Source: Eledone cirrhosa
Lineage: Eukaryota
Reading direction: 5' to 3'
NCBI GenBank assembly: GCA_964016885.1
Contig: OZ024748.1
Span: 7,874,001 to 7,938,000 of the forward strand
DNA: 64,000 nucleotides
The notes under the pieces are model-generated. The model did no database searches. It saw only the letters and a list, made by a program, of their open reading frames with translations, and was not told the origin of the DNA. How positions within the stretch are numbered: position 1 is the first letter of the stretch; every line of letters begins with the position of its first letter. Shown here in pieces: positions 15,800-28,940 of the stretch. The translations under genes were made by a program, and so were the position numbers.

Positions 15800-16180
15800 A
15801 TGGAGGCACATGGCTTAGTGGTTAGAGCATTGGCCTTGCAATCGAAAGCTTGTGAGTTCAATTCTCAGACCGGGTGATGTGTTGTTTCCTGAGCAAGACA
15901 CTTTATTTCACATTGCTCCAGTTGACTCAGCTGTAAAAATGAGATGATAGGGGCTGGGGTCCTTATCATTCAACTGCAAAGAGGTCGTGGAGGTGCCACG
16001 GCAAAAAAGCCCCCAGCCCACACTGTAAAGTGGATGTGTAGGCGCCACTGAAAAAAAGCACCCAGCACTCACTGTAAATGAGGTTAGTGTTAGGAAGGGC
16101 ATCTGGCTGTAGAAATCAAACCAGAATCAGTTCCCATCCCACCCTTGCTAGCAGGGAAAAGTGGACGTAAAATGAAATGA
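15800..16180 (+). mobile_element. tRNA-derived SINE family B
   Basis: A-box tggcttagtgg, B-box gagttcaattc, gagcaagacactt core, RTE-like tail ggacgtaaaatga. Confidence 0.85.
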
Positions 16181-17243
16181 TACACACATATATATATATA
16201 TATATATATACATACACATATATATATCCTCATCATCATCACCGCTTTACGTCCGTTCTTCCACACTAGCATGGGTTAGACGGGTTGTCCTGTTGTGGGC
16301 AGTGTCCGGTCGGCTTACCTTGTCTTGCTCATACGGGAACTGATTCTGGCTTGCTTTCTACAGCTGGATGCCCTTCCTAACACCAACCTCATTTACAGTG
16401 AGTGCTGGGTGCTTTTTTTCCATGGCACCTACTCGACCAGTTTACAGTGTGGGCTGGGTGCTTTTTTGCCGTGGCACCTCCACGACCACTTTACAGTGGA
16501 TAGGGACCCCAGTCCTATCATCTCAAAATACGAACCACAGCTAAGGGAAAAAATATGTGAATGAAGAATGGCGTTGACAACGCAGCATGCCATTCTTCAT
16601 TCACATATTGCGAGAATCGACATCGAATTATTTTCCGGAACGCAACGTAACAACCTGCTGTATTGAGCTAAAGACCAACAAACTACGATTCTCTAACAAG
16701 ATCGTCAAACGCCCAATATCGAATCGTCGTAGATTATGTGAGGGGCATATAATCTGAATAATACGCTACCCGGACTGTGAAAATGATGCTGTGCATGAAA
16801 TCCATATCATCGCTTTGCTACGCATTTCCAATATTTTTAATGCTTATATTATTTCTCCACGCACAGGCTATAACAATCATATAAAGGATTCATTACCAGT
16901 TCAACCCCCCTAACACTCTTGATCACCTGTTTAAGTGCTTCTATTACATGTAACACTCTGCCACACTATAGCATTATATAAACAAGACGCACGTGCTTGC
17001 CACACGTGTAACTATTGCACTCAATAACTGCTTATGACTATCCTATCGCATTAATTTCATGTTGTATTTTAACCTGTATTTTTGATTTTGTCCTCTTTTA
17101 ATATGAATGTAATCTCTAAATGTATACTGCCACACTAAATGCTATAATGGATGTCGACCCACCAAGCAACAATGTTTGCATATGTATCTGTATGTCTCTT
17201 GGGTTGAAAAGGAGGTCATATAAGTGTTCACTCATTAATAAAT

Positions 17244-17290
17244 TGCTCCGAAGAATCCAAACCTCGGTTTCGAGGAAACAGTTGTAAGCA
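17244..17290 (+). ncRNA. Degenerate hammerhead-like motif at the end of a ~0.7 kb element
   Basis: tgct CCGAAGA...ctcg-gttt-cgag GAAA cagttg TA agca; followed by a TA-rich tract. Confidence 0.45.
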
Positions 17291-17708
17291 TAAAGATGTT
17301 TTGAACAGATCTTTGATTCTTATAACTTATACATATACATACATATATATATATATATGTGCGTGTATATATATATATGTATGTATATGTATATATATGT
17401 ATGTTTATATATGTATGTATGTGTATATATATGTATGTATATATATATATATATATATATACATTAAACGAACATTTATAAATTTGTAATAGTTTGAATA
17501 ATAATCAAATATGAAGAAAGAAAAAGATATTTAAGTTTTTATTAGAAAACATTTTCAAATATGTAACATCTTTACAATAATGGCCAGCAATTTGAGGGGA
17601 GGGGAAAGTCGATTAAATCAACCCCAGTGTGTGACTGGTACTTTATGTTATCAACCCCGTAAGGATGAAATGTAAAGTTAACCTCGGTGGGATTAATATC
17701 TTTACAAT

Positions 17709-17897
17709 AATTGTTTCTACTTTTGGCACAAGGCCAGCAATTAACCCAGTGTATTACTGGTACTTTATTTTATCGACCCCGTAAGGATGAAAGGCAAAGC
17801 TAACCTCGGCGGGATTTGAACTCAGTGCATAAAGGGCCGTAACTCTTTGCTACAAAGCATGGCGTCCGACCCTCTACCAATACTGCCAATCCACCAC
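17709..17897 (-). mobile_element. SINE family A
   Basis: Same consensus as 14430. Confidence 0.88.
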
Positions 17898-17926
17898 CAT
17901 AATAATAATCTTTACAATAAAAATCT

Positions 17927-18111
17927 TTACAATAATAATAATGATTTCATGTTCAAGCAAGTTGTTCTATTTGTTTCATTCGATGAATCTTTGATAATTG
18001 GCCTTTGGAGGGTTTGATTTAGTTGGTTTTTGTTTTTAAATTTGTTGCAGACAACATCACAAACACAAATGACTGCCATGTTCCTGTTTTTAGATATATC
18101 TGGCCATAGTC
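17927..18111 (-). other. Probable downstream (3'UTR or alternative last) exon of contactin
   Basis: Strong acceptor ttttatttctgttttcag ending at 18112; the upstream donor at 19362 needs a partner. 3' end not defined. Confidence 0.55.
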
Positions 18112-18307
18112 CTGAAAACAGAAATAAAACTAAAAAGTAAACACTTGCTTATCTGAAAAAGCAAAACAAAAAGTGAATTTAGGTCAAAAGGAGAGTATAT
18201 ATACATACATATATACATACATACAAATCTATATATATACATATATATAGATATTTACATATATATATATTCACACACATATTTATACATACATACATAT
18301 ATAAATA

Positions 18308-18354
<47 letters not shown>

Positions 18355-18409
18355 GTGAGGTTTTTTTACAAAATGAAAAAAAAAACGAGGTGTCCTACAC
18401 GAGTGAAAG

Positions 18410-18628
18410 TATAAGGGAAAAGATGAAATCGAAAATGCAACTGGAGTCTTTTTTAAAAAAAGTATATTTATTTGGTTTCTTTACCAGTTTCGCAGTTCTT
18501 GGGCTTTTGAAAAGTAGAATTGAGATGGAGGGTTTGTGGTTTTTCTCGCGAGTAAACCGGTAAAGGAACCAAATAAATATATATTTTTTAAAAAAGACTC
18601 CAGTTGCATTTTCGATTTCATCTTTTTT

Positions 18629-18635
<7 letters not shown>
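18410..18635. repeat. Imperfect inverted repeat (~80-bp arms) between (TA)n tracts
   Basis: gatgaaatcgaaaatgcaactggagtc / gactccagttgcattttcgatttcatc. Confidence 0.85.
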
Positions 18636-18673
<38 letters not shown>

Positions 18674-19101
18674 CACATATGTATATATGCTCCAGGGAGA
18701 TACATTGGCTCCCTACCTTTTTATAATCGCAGTGGGCTATTGTATGCACCTTGCTCTGGAGAAACTCCAGGACTCAGGCTTTACTGTAACACTGGCTCAG
18801 AGTTAAGGCTAAACAGATATCAGATGCTGAGTTTGCTGAAGAAATAGTTTTGGTGACAAACGCAGTAAAGGAGGTGGAGGAGTTGATGCAGTATTTGGAG
18901 ACTGTGTTGGTGAGTGTGGGGCTGGTAGAGAACATTACAAAGCCAGAGAAGATTATGAAAGTAGGCAGGAAGCTACTAGAGTTGGTTGAGGACCTCCTGT
19001 ATCTGGAAGCAAAGATTAGGAACACAGAAAGTGTGGTAAGGATCCAGGTGAACTATAACGCACCAGAGTACTCGATAGTACTTAGGGTAGTAGAGTGGGT
19101 A

Positions 19102-19244
19102 ATAGGAAAAGAGTCAGGACCCCGATGGCTGAGCTCCAGCTGTTTCGACAACTAGATCTGAACTAACCCAGCAGTATTAGGGTTAGTTCGGATCTAGCTG
19201 TCGAAACTGCTGGAGCTCAGCCATCGGGATCCTGACTATTTTCC

Positions 19245-19247
<3 letters not shown>
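19102..19247. repeat. Hairpin (~65-bp arms) next to (TA)n
   Basis: cccgatggctgagctccagc...gaactaacc / ggttagttc...gctggagctcagccatcggg. Confidence 0.85.
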
Positions 19248-19276
<29 letters not shown>

Positions 19277-19372
19277 CACATGTGCATGCATGTGTATTTG
19301 TGTGTGCAATATATATGTATGTATAAATATGTGGCAAAGCAGGAGTTACAATTTACACTTACCAAAGCAACA

Positions 19373-19491
19373 TTATTTATTCAAAATAATATGTAATAGA
19401 AATGATATGCTTAAAATTGTGAGAGAGTATGTCAGTGTACTTGTGCCTGCTAAGATGCTGTAACTCTGTGGATCGAAAGTAATTTGCCCAC
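19373..19491 (-). CDS. Cont: Contactin last coding exon, GPI-anchor signal (GQITFDPQSYSILAGTSTLTYSLTILSISFLLHIILNK*)
   Basis: ttccag acceptor; small-residue run then hydrophobic tail; TAA at 19375-19373; gtaagt donor 10 nt after the stop. Confidence 0.9.
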
Positions 19492-20041
19492 CTGGAAAAT
19501 ATGAAAAAAGAAACACATTTAGTAATGTATTTTGAGGGAAAGATGTTGAAAAATCAATGCATGTCTTTTTTTTTTAAAAAAAAATAATAAACAACCTTTG
19601 GCCTCCAGGACACATAGTAGATTTTTGAGACTTATTTTAGGAAAAAAGTAGCGTCTTCGACGCCGGGAAATACGGTAGCTTGTTTACCAATGGTATAACA
19701 GAATATAAACAATATATAGGCTTCCTTATGTATACTGAAGAAAGGAAAAATCTTAGCTAAAATAACTCTATTAAGCAGAGAGAGAAAACAAATAGATCTA
19801 TAAGTATTTGATAACAGTTAAAGTTTTTAAAGTACAAAGGTAAGCTTGAAATTTACATTAATAGAAAAATATAGTCACAGGCATAGACATGTCTGTGATG
19901 TTAAGGAGTTTGCTTTGCAACCATATGTTTCCAATTTCAGTCCTGCTGTATGGCACCTTCAGCAAGTGACCCCTATAATAACCTTGAGTTGACCAATGAA
20001 TGCCTTGAGATTGGATTTTAGTAGACAGAACTGCCATCTAC

Positions 20042-20073
<32 letters not shown>

Positions 20074-20211
20074 CATACATATATATATATACATACATAT
20101 ATATATATAGATACATACACACACACACATATATATATACATATATACATACATTTATATACATACATATATATATATATATACATATATATAGACACAT
20201 ATATACATACA

Positions 20212-20246
<35 letters not shown>

Positions 20247-20486
20247 GTATATATATACATACATGTATATATATACATACATGTATATATATACATATAT
20301 ATATATAGATACATACATATATATATATAGATACATACATATATATATATAGATACATACATATATATATACATATATATATATACACATATATATATAT
20401 ACATACATACATATATATGTATACATATATATATATGCATATATATATATACACACACATATATATATACATATATACACATACAC

Positions 20487-20519
<33 letters not shown>

Positions 20520-20568
20520 TATATATACATATATATATATACACACACACATATATACATATATATAT

Positions 20569-20628
<60 letters not shown>

Positions 20629-20789
20629 CATTAACTTTTATATTCTATATTTTATACTCTATATTTACTATTATATTTTCACAGCAAAGTCTTTTACTTA
20701 CATAATTATCTCACATAATATCACATAATATCGAATCTATAAGATGTTGATATTATTTATGTTGAGAACAATACCTTAACATCAGTATA

Positions 20790-21110
20790 AGTGGCCAGTT
20801 TGAACAGAAAGAGGTGAGAGAAGTCTGGCTGGATACAGCCAGTTTAAATGCTAAAAGGTTAATAAGCTGCCAAAAAAATTTGAGAGATCTGCATGATGTG
20901 GGCATGGATGTTTTCAAGAAATATCTTGACACTCTGCTATCAAGGATCCCAGATGAGTCCACAGCATGGAATGAAGGTAACCTAAGGGCAGCAGCAATGG
21001 ACTCCCTCCTATCCTACATCAATGACCAGCCAGCACAGGCTGGATATAGAAAGTGTAGCAACAAGGGCAATGCCCCAGTATAGCCTCAGCTGGATGACTG
21101 CAACAGGTAA
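20790..21110 (+). mobile_element. CR1-group LINE 3' fragment
   Basis: LRDL...FKKYLDTLLSRIPDE terminal motif. Confidence 0.55.
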
Positions 21111-21172
21111 AGTGTAATAGAGTAAATCCAAATTATTTATATGGTATTTTCAAACATAGTTATATTACTCAC

Positions 21173-21350
21173 CCAGTGTGAAGTATATAGATTCACTCTT
21201 TTTGCCATCACCATCAACACTATAAGCCATAACTCGGAGCTTATATAAAACATTTTTCTCCAAATCACTTATAACTCCTTCTTCAACGTACTCGATATTG
21301 TGACAGGATTTCGTCAAGTCCAACACTTCTCTAACGGATGTGTAGCATAG
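21173..21350 (-). CDS. Cont: Contactin exon, FN3-4 C-half
   Basis: LYKLRVMAYSVDGDGKKSESIYFTL; tttag/gtgagt. Confidence 0.93.
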
Positions 21351-21367
21351 CTAAAATATAAACAAAT

Positions 21368-21556
21368 AATTATTTCTACTTTTTGGCACAAGGCCAGCAA
21401 TTATCCCAGTGTATTACTGGTACTTTATTTTATCGACCCTGTAAGGATGAAAGGCAAAGTTAACTTCGGCGGGATTTGAACTCAGACCATAAAGGGCCGT
21501 AACTCTATGCATCAAAGCATGGCGTCTGACCCTCTACCAATACTGCCAATCCACCA
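21368..21556 (-). mobile_element. SINE family A, ~15 bp from a contactin acceptor
   Basis: Same consensus. Confidence 0.88.
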
Positions 21557-21798
21557 CAAATAATAAAAGAGCATTTTTAAATCTTGCATTTAGCATGTAT
21601 GTGAGGTTATGTATTTGTGTGTATATATTTAGTACATTTGAAGGTGGGTCATCTATACGGTTACAACAGCAAGTAAGGTACTCAATACATAGAGTATATA
21701 TCAGATATAATATAAAAAATGGATTCTACAGAACTAGAACTGTTTCATTCGAAGGAAATTATCAAGAAAGCCCATCATCATTTCCTTCAAATGAATAT

Positions 21799-22125
21799 AT
21801 GGAGGCACATGGCTTAGTGGTTAGAGCATTGGCCTTGCAATCGAAAGGTTGTGAGTTCAATTCTCAGACCGGGTGATGTGTTGTTTCCTTGAGCAAGACA
21901 CTTTATTTCACATTGCTCCAGTTTACTCAGCTGTAGAAATGAGATAAGGACTGGGGTCCTATCATTCCACTGTAAAGTGGACGTGGAGGTGCCACGGCAA
22001 AAAAGCACCCAGCACTCACTGTAAATGAGGTTAGTGTTAGGAAGGGCATCCAGCTGTAGAAATCAAGCCAGAATCAGTTCCTGTCCCACCCTTGCAAGCA
22101 GGGAAAAGCGGACGTAAAATGAAAT
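21799..22125 (+). mobile_element. SINE family B (partial copy also at 26264-26425)
   Basis: Near-identical to the 15800 copy. Confidence 0.85.
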
Positions 22126-22198
22126 GAAAATGAATGAAATGATATATATTTATATATATATATATATATGAAATATGGATATATATATGGATAAATGG

Positions 22199-22230
<32 letters not shown>

Positions 22231-22285
22231 GGATATATATATATATATGGATATATATATATATATGGATATATATATATATATA

Positions 22286-22622
22286 TGCGCATGCGTTACC
22301 CGGATGTAACATATGCGCAAACTAAGCACACAACACACACAAAAACAAGATGGCATAGGACAAACAAAGGAGAGGCACAAAACAAAGAAAAGAATCCCCA
22401 GTCACTGAATGTGTGAAGAAAGAACTTTGACAATATATGAACAACAACCATCTGGTTGTGGAACCAACGAACCAATTTTTTAAAATTTATAATTTAATTT
22501 ATAATAAATTGGAGTGAAAGCAACTGGTGCATGTGTTTCTTATTGGCAACATGACCCTCCCAAAGTATAACAATATCGTTTTTAGATAAAGAATGTTGCT
22601 AAACAAATTCAGAAACGAAATG
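22286..22622 (+). mobile_element. Short PLE 3'-end copy (hammerhead partly deleted), between TA-rich tracts
   Basis: Matches the 28070-28410 and 47121-47445 copies. Confidence 0.75.
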
Positions 22623-23637
22623 TATTTATATATGGATATATATATATATATATATATATGGATATATACACATATATATATGGATATATATATATATATG
22701 GATATATACATATATATATATGGATATATATCCATATATATATATATCCATATATATATATATATATATATGGATATATATATATATATATGTATGTATA
22801 TATAGTATAAAAAAACGAAAAATCAGTGATGCATCAGTGATGTGTGTTACAATTGTTTCGCTGGCAAGTAGCGCGAGACATGATCACTGTATGGATCTGG
22901 CTGATTCTACGGCTGCAGGTTCCTTCGGACACGGGCAGTTCGTACGGAGCAAATTTTCTCACTGGGGTGTTATCATAAAAAAACACCTTCAAAAAGCATC
23001 TTCCACTCTTGTCATGCCATTGGCTGTTGTTTTTCTATGTCATGTATGTATGTATGTATGTATGTATGTATGTATGTATGTATGTATGTATGTATGTATG
23101 TATGTGTGTGTGTGTGTGTGTATATGTACAAATATTGATGGGTGATATTTACACCTTTATTATGAAAGTAGTAAACTGCATATTGACTGCTTTACCACTT
23201 GTGAGTGATATAAAGGTGTGATAAAAGAAAATAGAACAGCAATACCTTAATATAAAAGGTTATATAGATAACAATTGATAAAAGACCAAATAACTCTAGA
23301 TAGGTGAAGTCATTCCTCCCATTTTCACATTCTTCAAAACTGAAAGCGGCAGCTAATCAGTAAAGCAGTAAGCCTGAAAAATGTTATTTAATATATTACT
23401 GGAGAAATATGATTTCTTTGAAATGTGTACAATTCTTATTTTGAGATTTCATTTGTTTTGTTTTGTTTTCATGATGATGATGATGATGATCATCATCATC
23501 ATTTAACATCTATCTTCTATGCTAGCATGGGTTAGACAGATAATAGTATACATTGATTCTCAAGTTTCATTCAATGAATTTGTGAGAGAATATAATCTCA
23601 TATGTATGTTGTTGTCTTCCTGTTTCTTCTACAACAA

Positions 23638-23835
23638 CTACAGCGGTATGCGATGGGGCCCACCCACAGCCCTGGCGGACAGAATGGAGAAGGCGTTTCC
23701 CCGGAGGATAACAAGGGAGAAGCGTTGGAAAAGCCACTCCAACTCGCGGGGCTCACACCTGCGGCTGGCCAGCTCAGCGCCTATGGTGGTGAGTAAGGAG
23801 GTAGCCCTGGGGCCGAGGACACCAGAAGTCTCCAT
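23638..23835 (-). mobile_element. 3' fragment of CRE-like (restriction-like endonuclease) non-LTR retrotransposon
   Basis: ETSGVLGP...LFQRFSLVILRGNA resembles the E..G..G and QR.S..I.RGNA C-terminal motifs; sibling copies at 27900-28035 (-) and 61500-61640 (+). Confidence 0.65.
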
Positions 23836-23911
23836 ATATGAAGATAACTCCTATATACTTTTGCTGTTTCTATACTGCATTTACGCATGTAATATATACG
23901 TATATATATAC

Positions 23912-23942
<31 letters not shown>

Positions 23943-23989
23943 CATATATATATACATATATATTACACACACACACACATACACACACA

Positions 23990-24385
23990 CACGGAGGATA
24001 TGCGAAGGCTGGAGAGAAATGAAGCAAGCATGCTCCAATGTATGTGCAATGTCAATGTGCGTGAACAAGTTGAAAGCATGGACAAGTTGAAAGTGAAACT
24101 GTGTATAAGAGAGATAAACTGTAGTGTGTGAGAGAGGAGACTGCGATAGTATGGACATGTAATGCGCATAGATGATGGCCACGGGGTGAAGAAGTGATAA
24201 GAAATCCCAGTGGAAGGAAGACACAGTAGAGGAAGACCATGGATGGCGGTGGTGAGAGCTGACCGTAGGTTGCTGAAGCTCATAGAGGAGATGATGAAGG
24301 ACTTGAACAAATGGAGAGATGCTGTACTGAAAAGGATCTGTCCATCCCTTACAAGCAGGGAAAAGCGGATGTAAAATGATGATGG
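23990..24385 (+). mobile_element. RTE-type LINE 3' fragment, degraded
   Basis: RRLERNEASML..MCNV...YGHVMR...VEGR..RGRP across frames, with stops. Confidence 0.75.
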
Positions 24386-24491
24386 GAAATTGTATTTTGC
24401 GCATTAAATAATGTCATTTATATAATTAACAATGACCTCTTGGTAAATTGATAAACCAATAATGCTGTAATCAGTGTTTATAGAATCTTAC

Positions 24492-24607
24492 CTTATAACC
24501 TGAAACAGGACTTTCGTTAATGCCAAAACCTACTCCACGGAATTTTACTGTGACACTTGTACTGTCTCTGGAATAAACACGTATTTCTGTCGGGAAATGT
24601 AACGGAG
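24492..24607 (-). CDS. Cont: Contactin exon, FN3-4 N-half
   Basis: PLHFPTEIRV...FRGV...ESPVSGYK; ctag/gtaaga. Confidence 0.92.
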
Positions 24608-24680
24608 CTAGATATTGATGGAAATGAGAAAATATTAGAAACAAAGATTAATATTTGATTTACAGTTGTATAATAATACC

Positions 24681-24866
24681 TGTTTCTACTTTTGGCACAA
24701 GACCAGAAATTACCCAGTGTATTACTGGTACTTTATTTTATCGACCCCGTAAGGATGAAAGGCAAAGTTAACCTCGGTGGGATTTGAACTCGGACCTCAA
24801 AGGACCGTAACTCTTTGCTACAAAGCATCACGTCAGATCCTCTACTGATACTGCCAATCCACCGCC
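24681..24866 (-). mobile_element. SINE family A
   Basis: Same consensus. Confidence 0.88.
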
Positions 24867-25428
24867 AGTTGTACAATAATATTATTACTCAAAGTTTGCC
24901 ACCAAAATATCATATTCCATGTCAACCACTGTCAACCTTTCATTAACATGTCATCATCGCTTCATTAAATGTGTGTCTTTTCTAGGGTAAACCTATTACA
25001 TAAATATGGATGTACCCTTTCCAAAAGCTTAGAAGAGGTTCTCTTCAAATCAGTTAGGTCCAGAGTTTGGTCCTGTTGCATGTCGTGTGGCCTCATAACC
25101 TTGACCATAGTCTCAACTCAACCCATGTGTTGTGAATGAAATTGAATAAACAGAAACTGTTTGGAATCTCGTAGGAAGGATTGTACATGCAATTTTAAAA
25201 GCCAGCATTACCTGTCTTCGCTAACAACTTACAACTATGTAAATTGATTGAATGTTCAGAGACTGTTAGCACCTACAGAGATATTGAATCATGCACATAC
25301 ACACACACACACATATATATATATATAGAGAGAGATAGCTAGATCCACACACACACATACATGCATACATGCACAACATTTTCTGAAAAGAGTGGAAGAA
25401 AATACAAGAAGGTTTTTATTAAACTTAC

Positions 25429-25627
25429 CATCCATTCCAAGTGAACCAAGATATTGTTCACTGATAGGACCAAGGCCAGCAGAGTTAAACACTTGGACGG
25501 TCACCCAATAGTATCCATTTGGATGGAGACCAATTATGACGGCTTCAGTGATTTCTCCAAAGAACGATTGAGAGTATCGCACAGGCTCCCCCTCATAATC
25601 CTCCTCAACTCTCTCTAACCAATTAAT
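25429..25627 (-). CDS. Cont: Contactin exon, FN3-3 C-half
   Basis: IIGLHPNGYYWVTVQVFNSAGLGPIS; tacag/gtaagt. Confidence 0.95.
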
Positions 25628-27021
25628 CTGTAAAAAAAAAAAAAATTCCACATGACTTAAATAAGATAGAAGGTATGTACTCTCGGGTCCCAAATAATAG
25701 GGGGGGGGGGTATAAAAGCAGTGAAGATGGAAAAAATGTGAAAGATTAATAAGCAGGTGGAGAGGGGGGGAGGTATTCAAAACCTGAGTAGTTAATAATT
25801 CTTTCAAATACTGGCACAAAACCAATAATTTACTGGAAGGGGAGAGTCGATTATATTGACCCCATTAACTTAACTGGTCTTTTATTTTATTGACCCCTGG
25901 AAGGGTGAAAGGCAAAGGTGACCCCAGTATGAGACTGATAATCTTTTTATTGACCTTGAAAAGATGAAAGGCAAATTTACCTTGGTGGGAATTGAACTCA
26001 GAGTATAGAGACTCTGCCAGCCACCTCAATATTTATATTGAAATATATTCATATTTTAACCTATCAATTTAATAAGGCGTCCATTAGTAATATACTAAAA
26101 TGACATATTGAACTTCTTATTCCATATGGAATGATGATTAACTCATATCTCAAAACAATTCTGTTGATAATATTTTTCTTTTGCAACGATGAAAAGATAT
26201 TGACTTCTAATGGCTTCTAATTGACTTCTAATTGACTTCTAATTGACTTCTAATTGACTTCTAATGGCTTAGTGGTTAGAGCATTGGGCTTGCAATCAAA
26301 AGGTTTTGAGTTCAATTCTTGGACCGGGTGATGTGGTGTTTCCTTGAGTAAGACACTATTTCACATTGCTCCAGTTTACTCAGCTGTAGAAATGAGATGA
26401 TAGTATTGGGGTCCCTATCATTAAATCACCCAATCTCCAACAAGATATACCTTGGAGGAGGCCAGCTAAACCAGCATAGGTGTGAGCTGTAACAACAACA
26501 ACAAGACTACATATTTTGAGGGAGCATATAGCCGAGCAGATTGATCTCAGTATTTCTCTGTTACTTATTATTTCGACCCAGTAAAGGTGAACTGCAAAGT
26601 TGACACAGTCGGACAGAGAGATCTCTCACCCGCTTTGGGGTGGGTGAGAGATGTGTATAACTTTCATCATCATCATTTTAAGTCCACTTTTCCATGCTTG
26701 CAAGGGTAGGATGGGTCCTATTCAGCACAGCATCTCTCCACTTGTCACGGTCCTTTGTCATCTCCTCCGTGAGCTTCAGCGATCTGAGGTCTGCTCTCAC
26801 CACCTCCGTCCATGTTTTTCATTATGTAAAATCTCTCCATTTTGCCACATCTTTCCCAGTTTTGGGATTCTTTTTTCATAGTACTCTCCGTTTGGATTTT
26901 TAGAGGTTGGCAGGTCTGTATACAGGTAATATGTTTAAGAAACTCTAGAGACATGACATAACCTGAAGTAATTTGTAAAATTTATTAAAATTAATACAGA
27001 AACTATTTCTAAATAAATTAC

Positions 27022-27143
27022 TTGATATCCAGCTATCTTCCCTCTCATAGTTGCACGATCATTTACGGGGGGTGTCCACGTGACCAAAATGGCTGTTGCA
27101 TTATAAGTGTCAGCAGCAACTTCGATAGGAACAGCACGTGGTA
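27022..27143 (-). CDS. Cont: Contactin exon, FN3-3 N-half (YNATAILVTW...RGKIAGYQ)
   Basis: tttcag/gtaatt; in phase. Confidence 0.93.
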
Positions 27144-27289
27144 CTGAAAAATCAAATAATCATATAATTAATTAATATTTTTTAATCAGATTAAGATTGT
27201 TTTGTTTAAATAAATATTTAGATATTAATATCATTAAAAATGTCCAATACGTATAGGAAATAACATTATATAAACACTTTAAAACTTAC

Positions 27290-27434
27290 AATCTTCTGCT
27301 GAGTAAATGCTTGATATAGTAGAATTGGGGCCAGGACCGCGACTATTAAAAGCTTGCACTTGAACTTCATAGAGTGTATAAAAATTAAGTCCTGCCAAAG
27401 CATAAAATTCACTTGCTTGTCCATTTATAACATG
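27290..27434 (-). CDS. Cont: Contactin exon, FN3-2 end (YTLYEVQVQAFNSRGPGPNS...SAED)
   Basis: tttcag/gtaagt; YSAED motif. Confidence 0.95.
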
Positions 27435-28035
27435 CTGAAATAATAATGTTAAATTTTGACCAAGAATATTTTCCAGTATCTTATATATTTCAATAATTGT
27501 TTCTACTTTTGGCACAAGGCCAGCAATTAACCAGTGTATTACTGGTACTTTATTTTAATAATAAGTATTAGTTATTTTCTAAGTACGCATATATTTCTTT
27601 GGTAGCAATATTTCTACAGCATGCTATGCAGAATTCAGTTACAACCCTTTACGTTCTGAGTTCAAATCCTGCTGAGGTTAGCTTTGCCTTTCATCATTAC
27701 GGGGTAATGAAATACTATACATATATAACTATTTTTTTTTTTAATGATAAATAATAATAATAATAATAATAATATTATCAAGTGTGCAAATTGAAAAAAA
27801 GAAGCAACTAAAAGAATGCTTTACAATGGTCTTGTTAATAGAGTATTCAAAACATACATTTTAAAAACCTTGATTCAGTGGAATGATATGTGATGGACGA
27901 CCACCCCCCTCTCACAACCCCGGCGGACAAAATGGAGAAGGTGTTTCTCCGGAGGACAGCAAGGGAGACGCACTGGAAAAGCCACTCCAACTCACGGGGC
28001 TCACACCTGTGGCAGGCCAGCTCAGCGCCTATAAC

Positions 28036-28069
<34 letters not shown>

Positions 28070-28077
<8 letters not shown>

Positions 28078-28405
28078 ATACTTTGAGAAAATGGCGTAGG
28101 ATAGAAGATAGAAGAAAGGAAAGGCACAGAAACGAAGAAAGAAATCCCCAGTCACTGAAGAGGTCACAGAGTGTGTGACGAAAGAACTATGACTATATAT
28201 ATATAAACAACTATCTGGTTGTGGAACCAACCAACCAACCAGAAATTTATAAATTTGTAAATTTATAAATATATAATAAATTAAATTGAAGTGAAAGCAA
28301 CTGGTGCGTGTGTTTCTTATTGGCAACATGACCCTCCCAAAGTATAACAATATCGGTTTCAACACACGATTTCAGATAAAGAATCTTGCTAAACAAATTC
28401 AGAAA

Positions 28406-28410
<5 letters not shown>
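28070..28410 (+). mobile_element. Short PLE 3'-end copy inside (TA)n
   Basis: Hammerhead plus ...atgaccctcccaaagtataacaatatcggtttcaacacacg tail; (TA)n on both sides. Confidence 0.8.
28150..28194 (+). ncRNA. Minimal hammerhead ribozyme in short PLE 3'-end copy
   Basis: agtca CTGAAGA g gtcaca-gagtg-tgtgac GAAA gaac TA tgact. Confidence 0.75.
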
Positions 28411-28465
<55 letters not shown>

Positions 28466-28681
28466 AAAACAACAGGATCTAAGCTAACGGGCAAAGGCAG
28501 CGGGTGTAACTGGACATTTGGAAACTCTGCTTCGTAGAATCGAGACATATCCGAGGATCTTGTGATTTCAGAGTCAGGTTTGATCATTGCATTGATCGTG
28601 CCTCGAGCTGGTCGCCAGAGAAACGATTGTAATATGTCTAATAAATCTTATTCGTTGCACCACTGATTCTCCGTTTCTTAT

Positions 28682-28715
<34 letters not shown>

Positions 28716-28940
28716 TAGTGCTGAATAATTGTTATAGGAGTAGTGAGTGTGGGGAAACAGCTTTTATAGTGAAAAGAGTGGGAGGAAAGAATGGGGGAGG
28801 TGATGGAGAAGAAAAGGTATCAAGAGAAATATGTTAGTGGAGGGCAATGTTAAAATCGAGATGAGAAAATGATTGGAATAATGGCAGATTTGTAAGAGGA
28901 AGGGGTTGAGAAGAACAGGAAACACATACATATATATACA

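Noticed and set aside
15800-15875. tRNA gene
   Set aside because: A and B boxes are present but run into a SINE body found in several copies; no proper acceptor stem.
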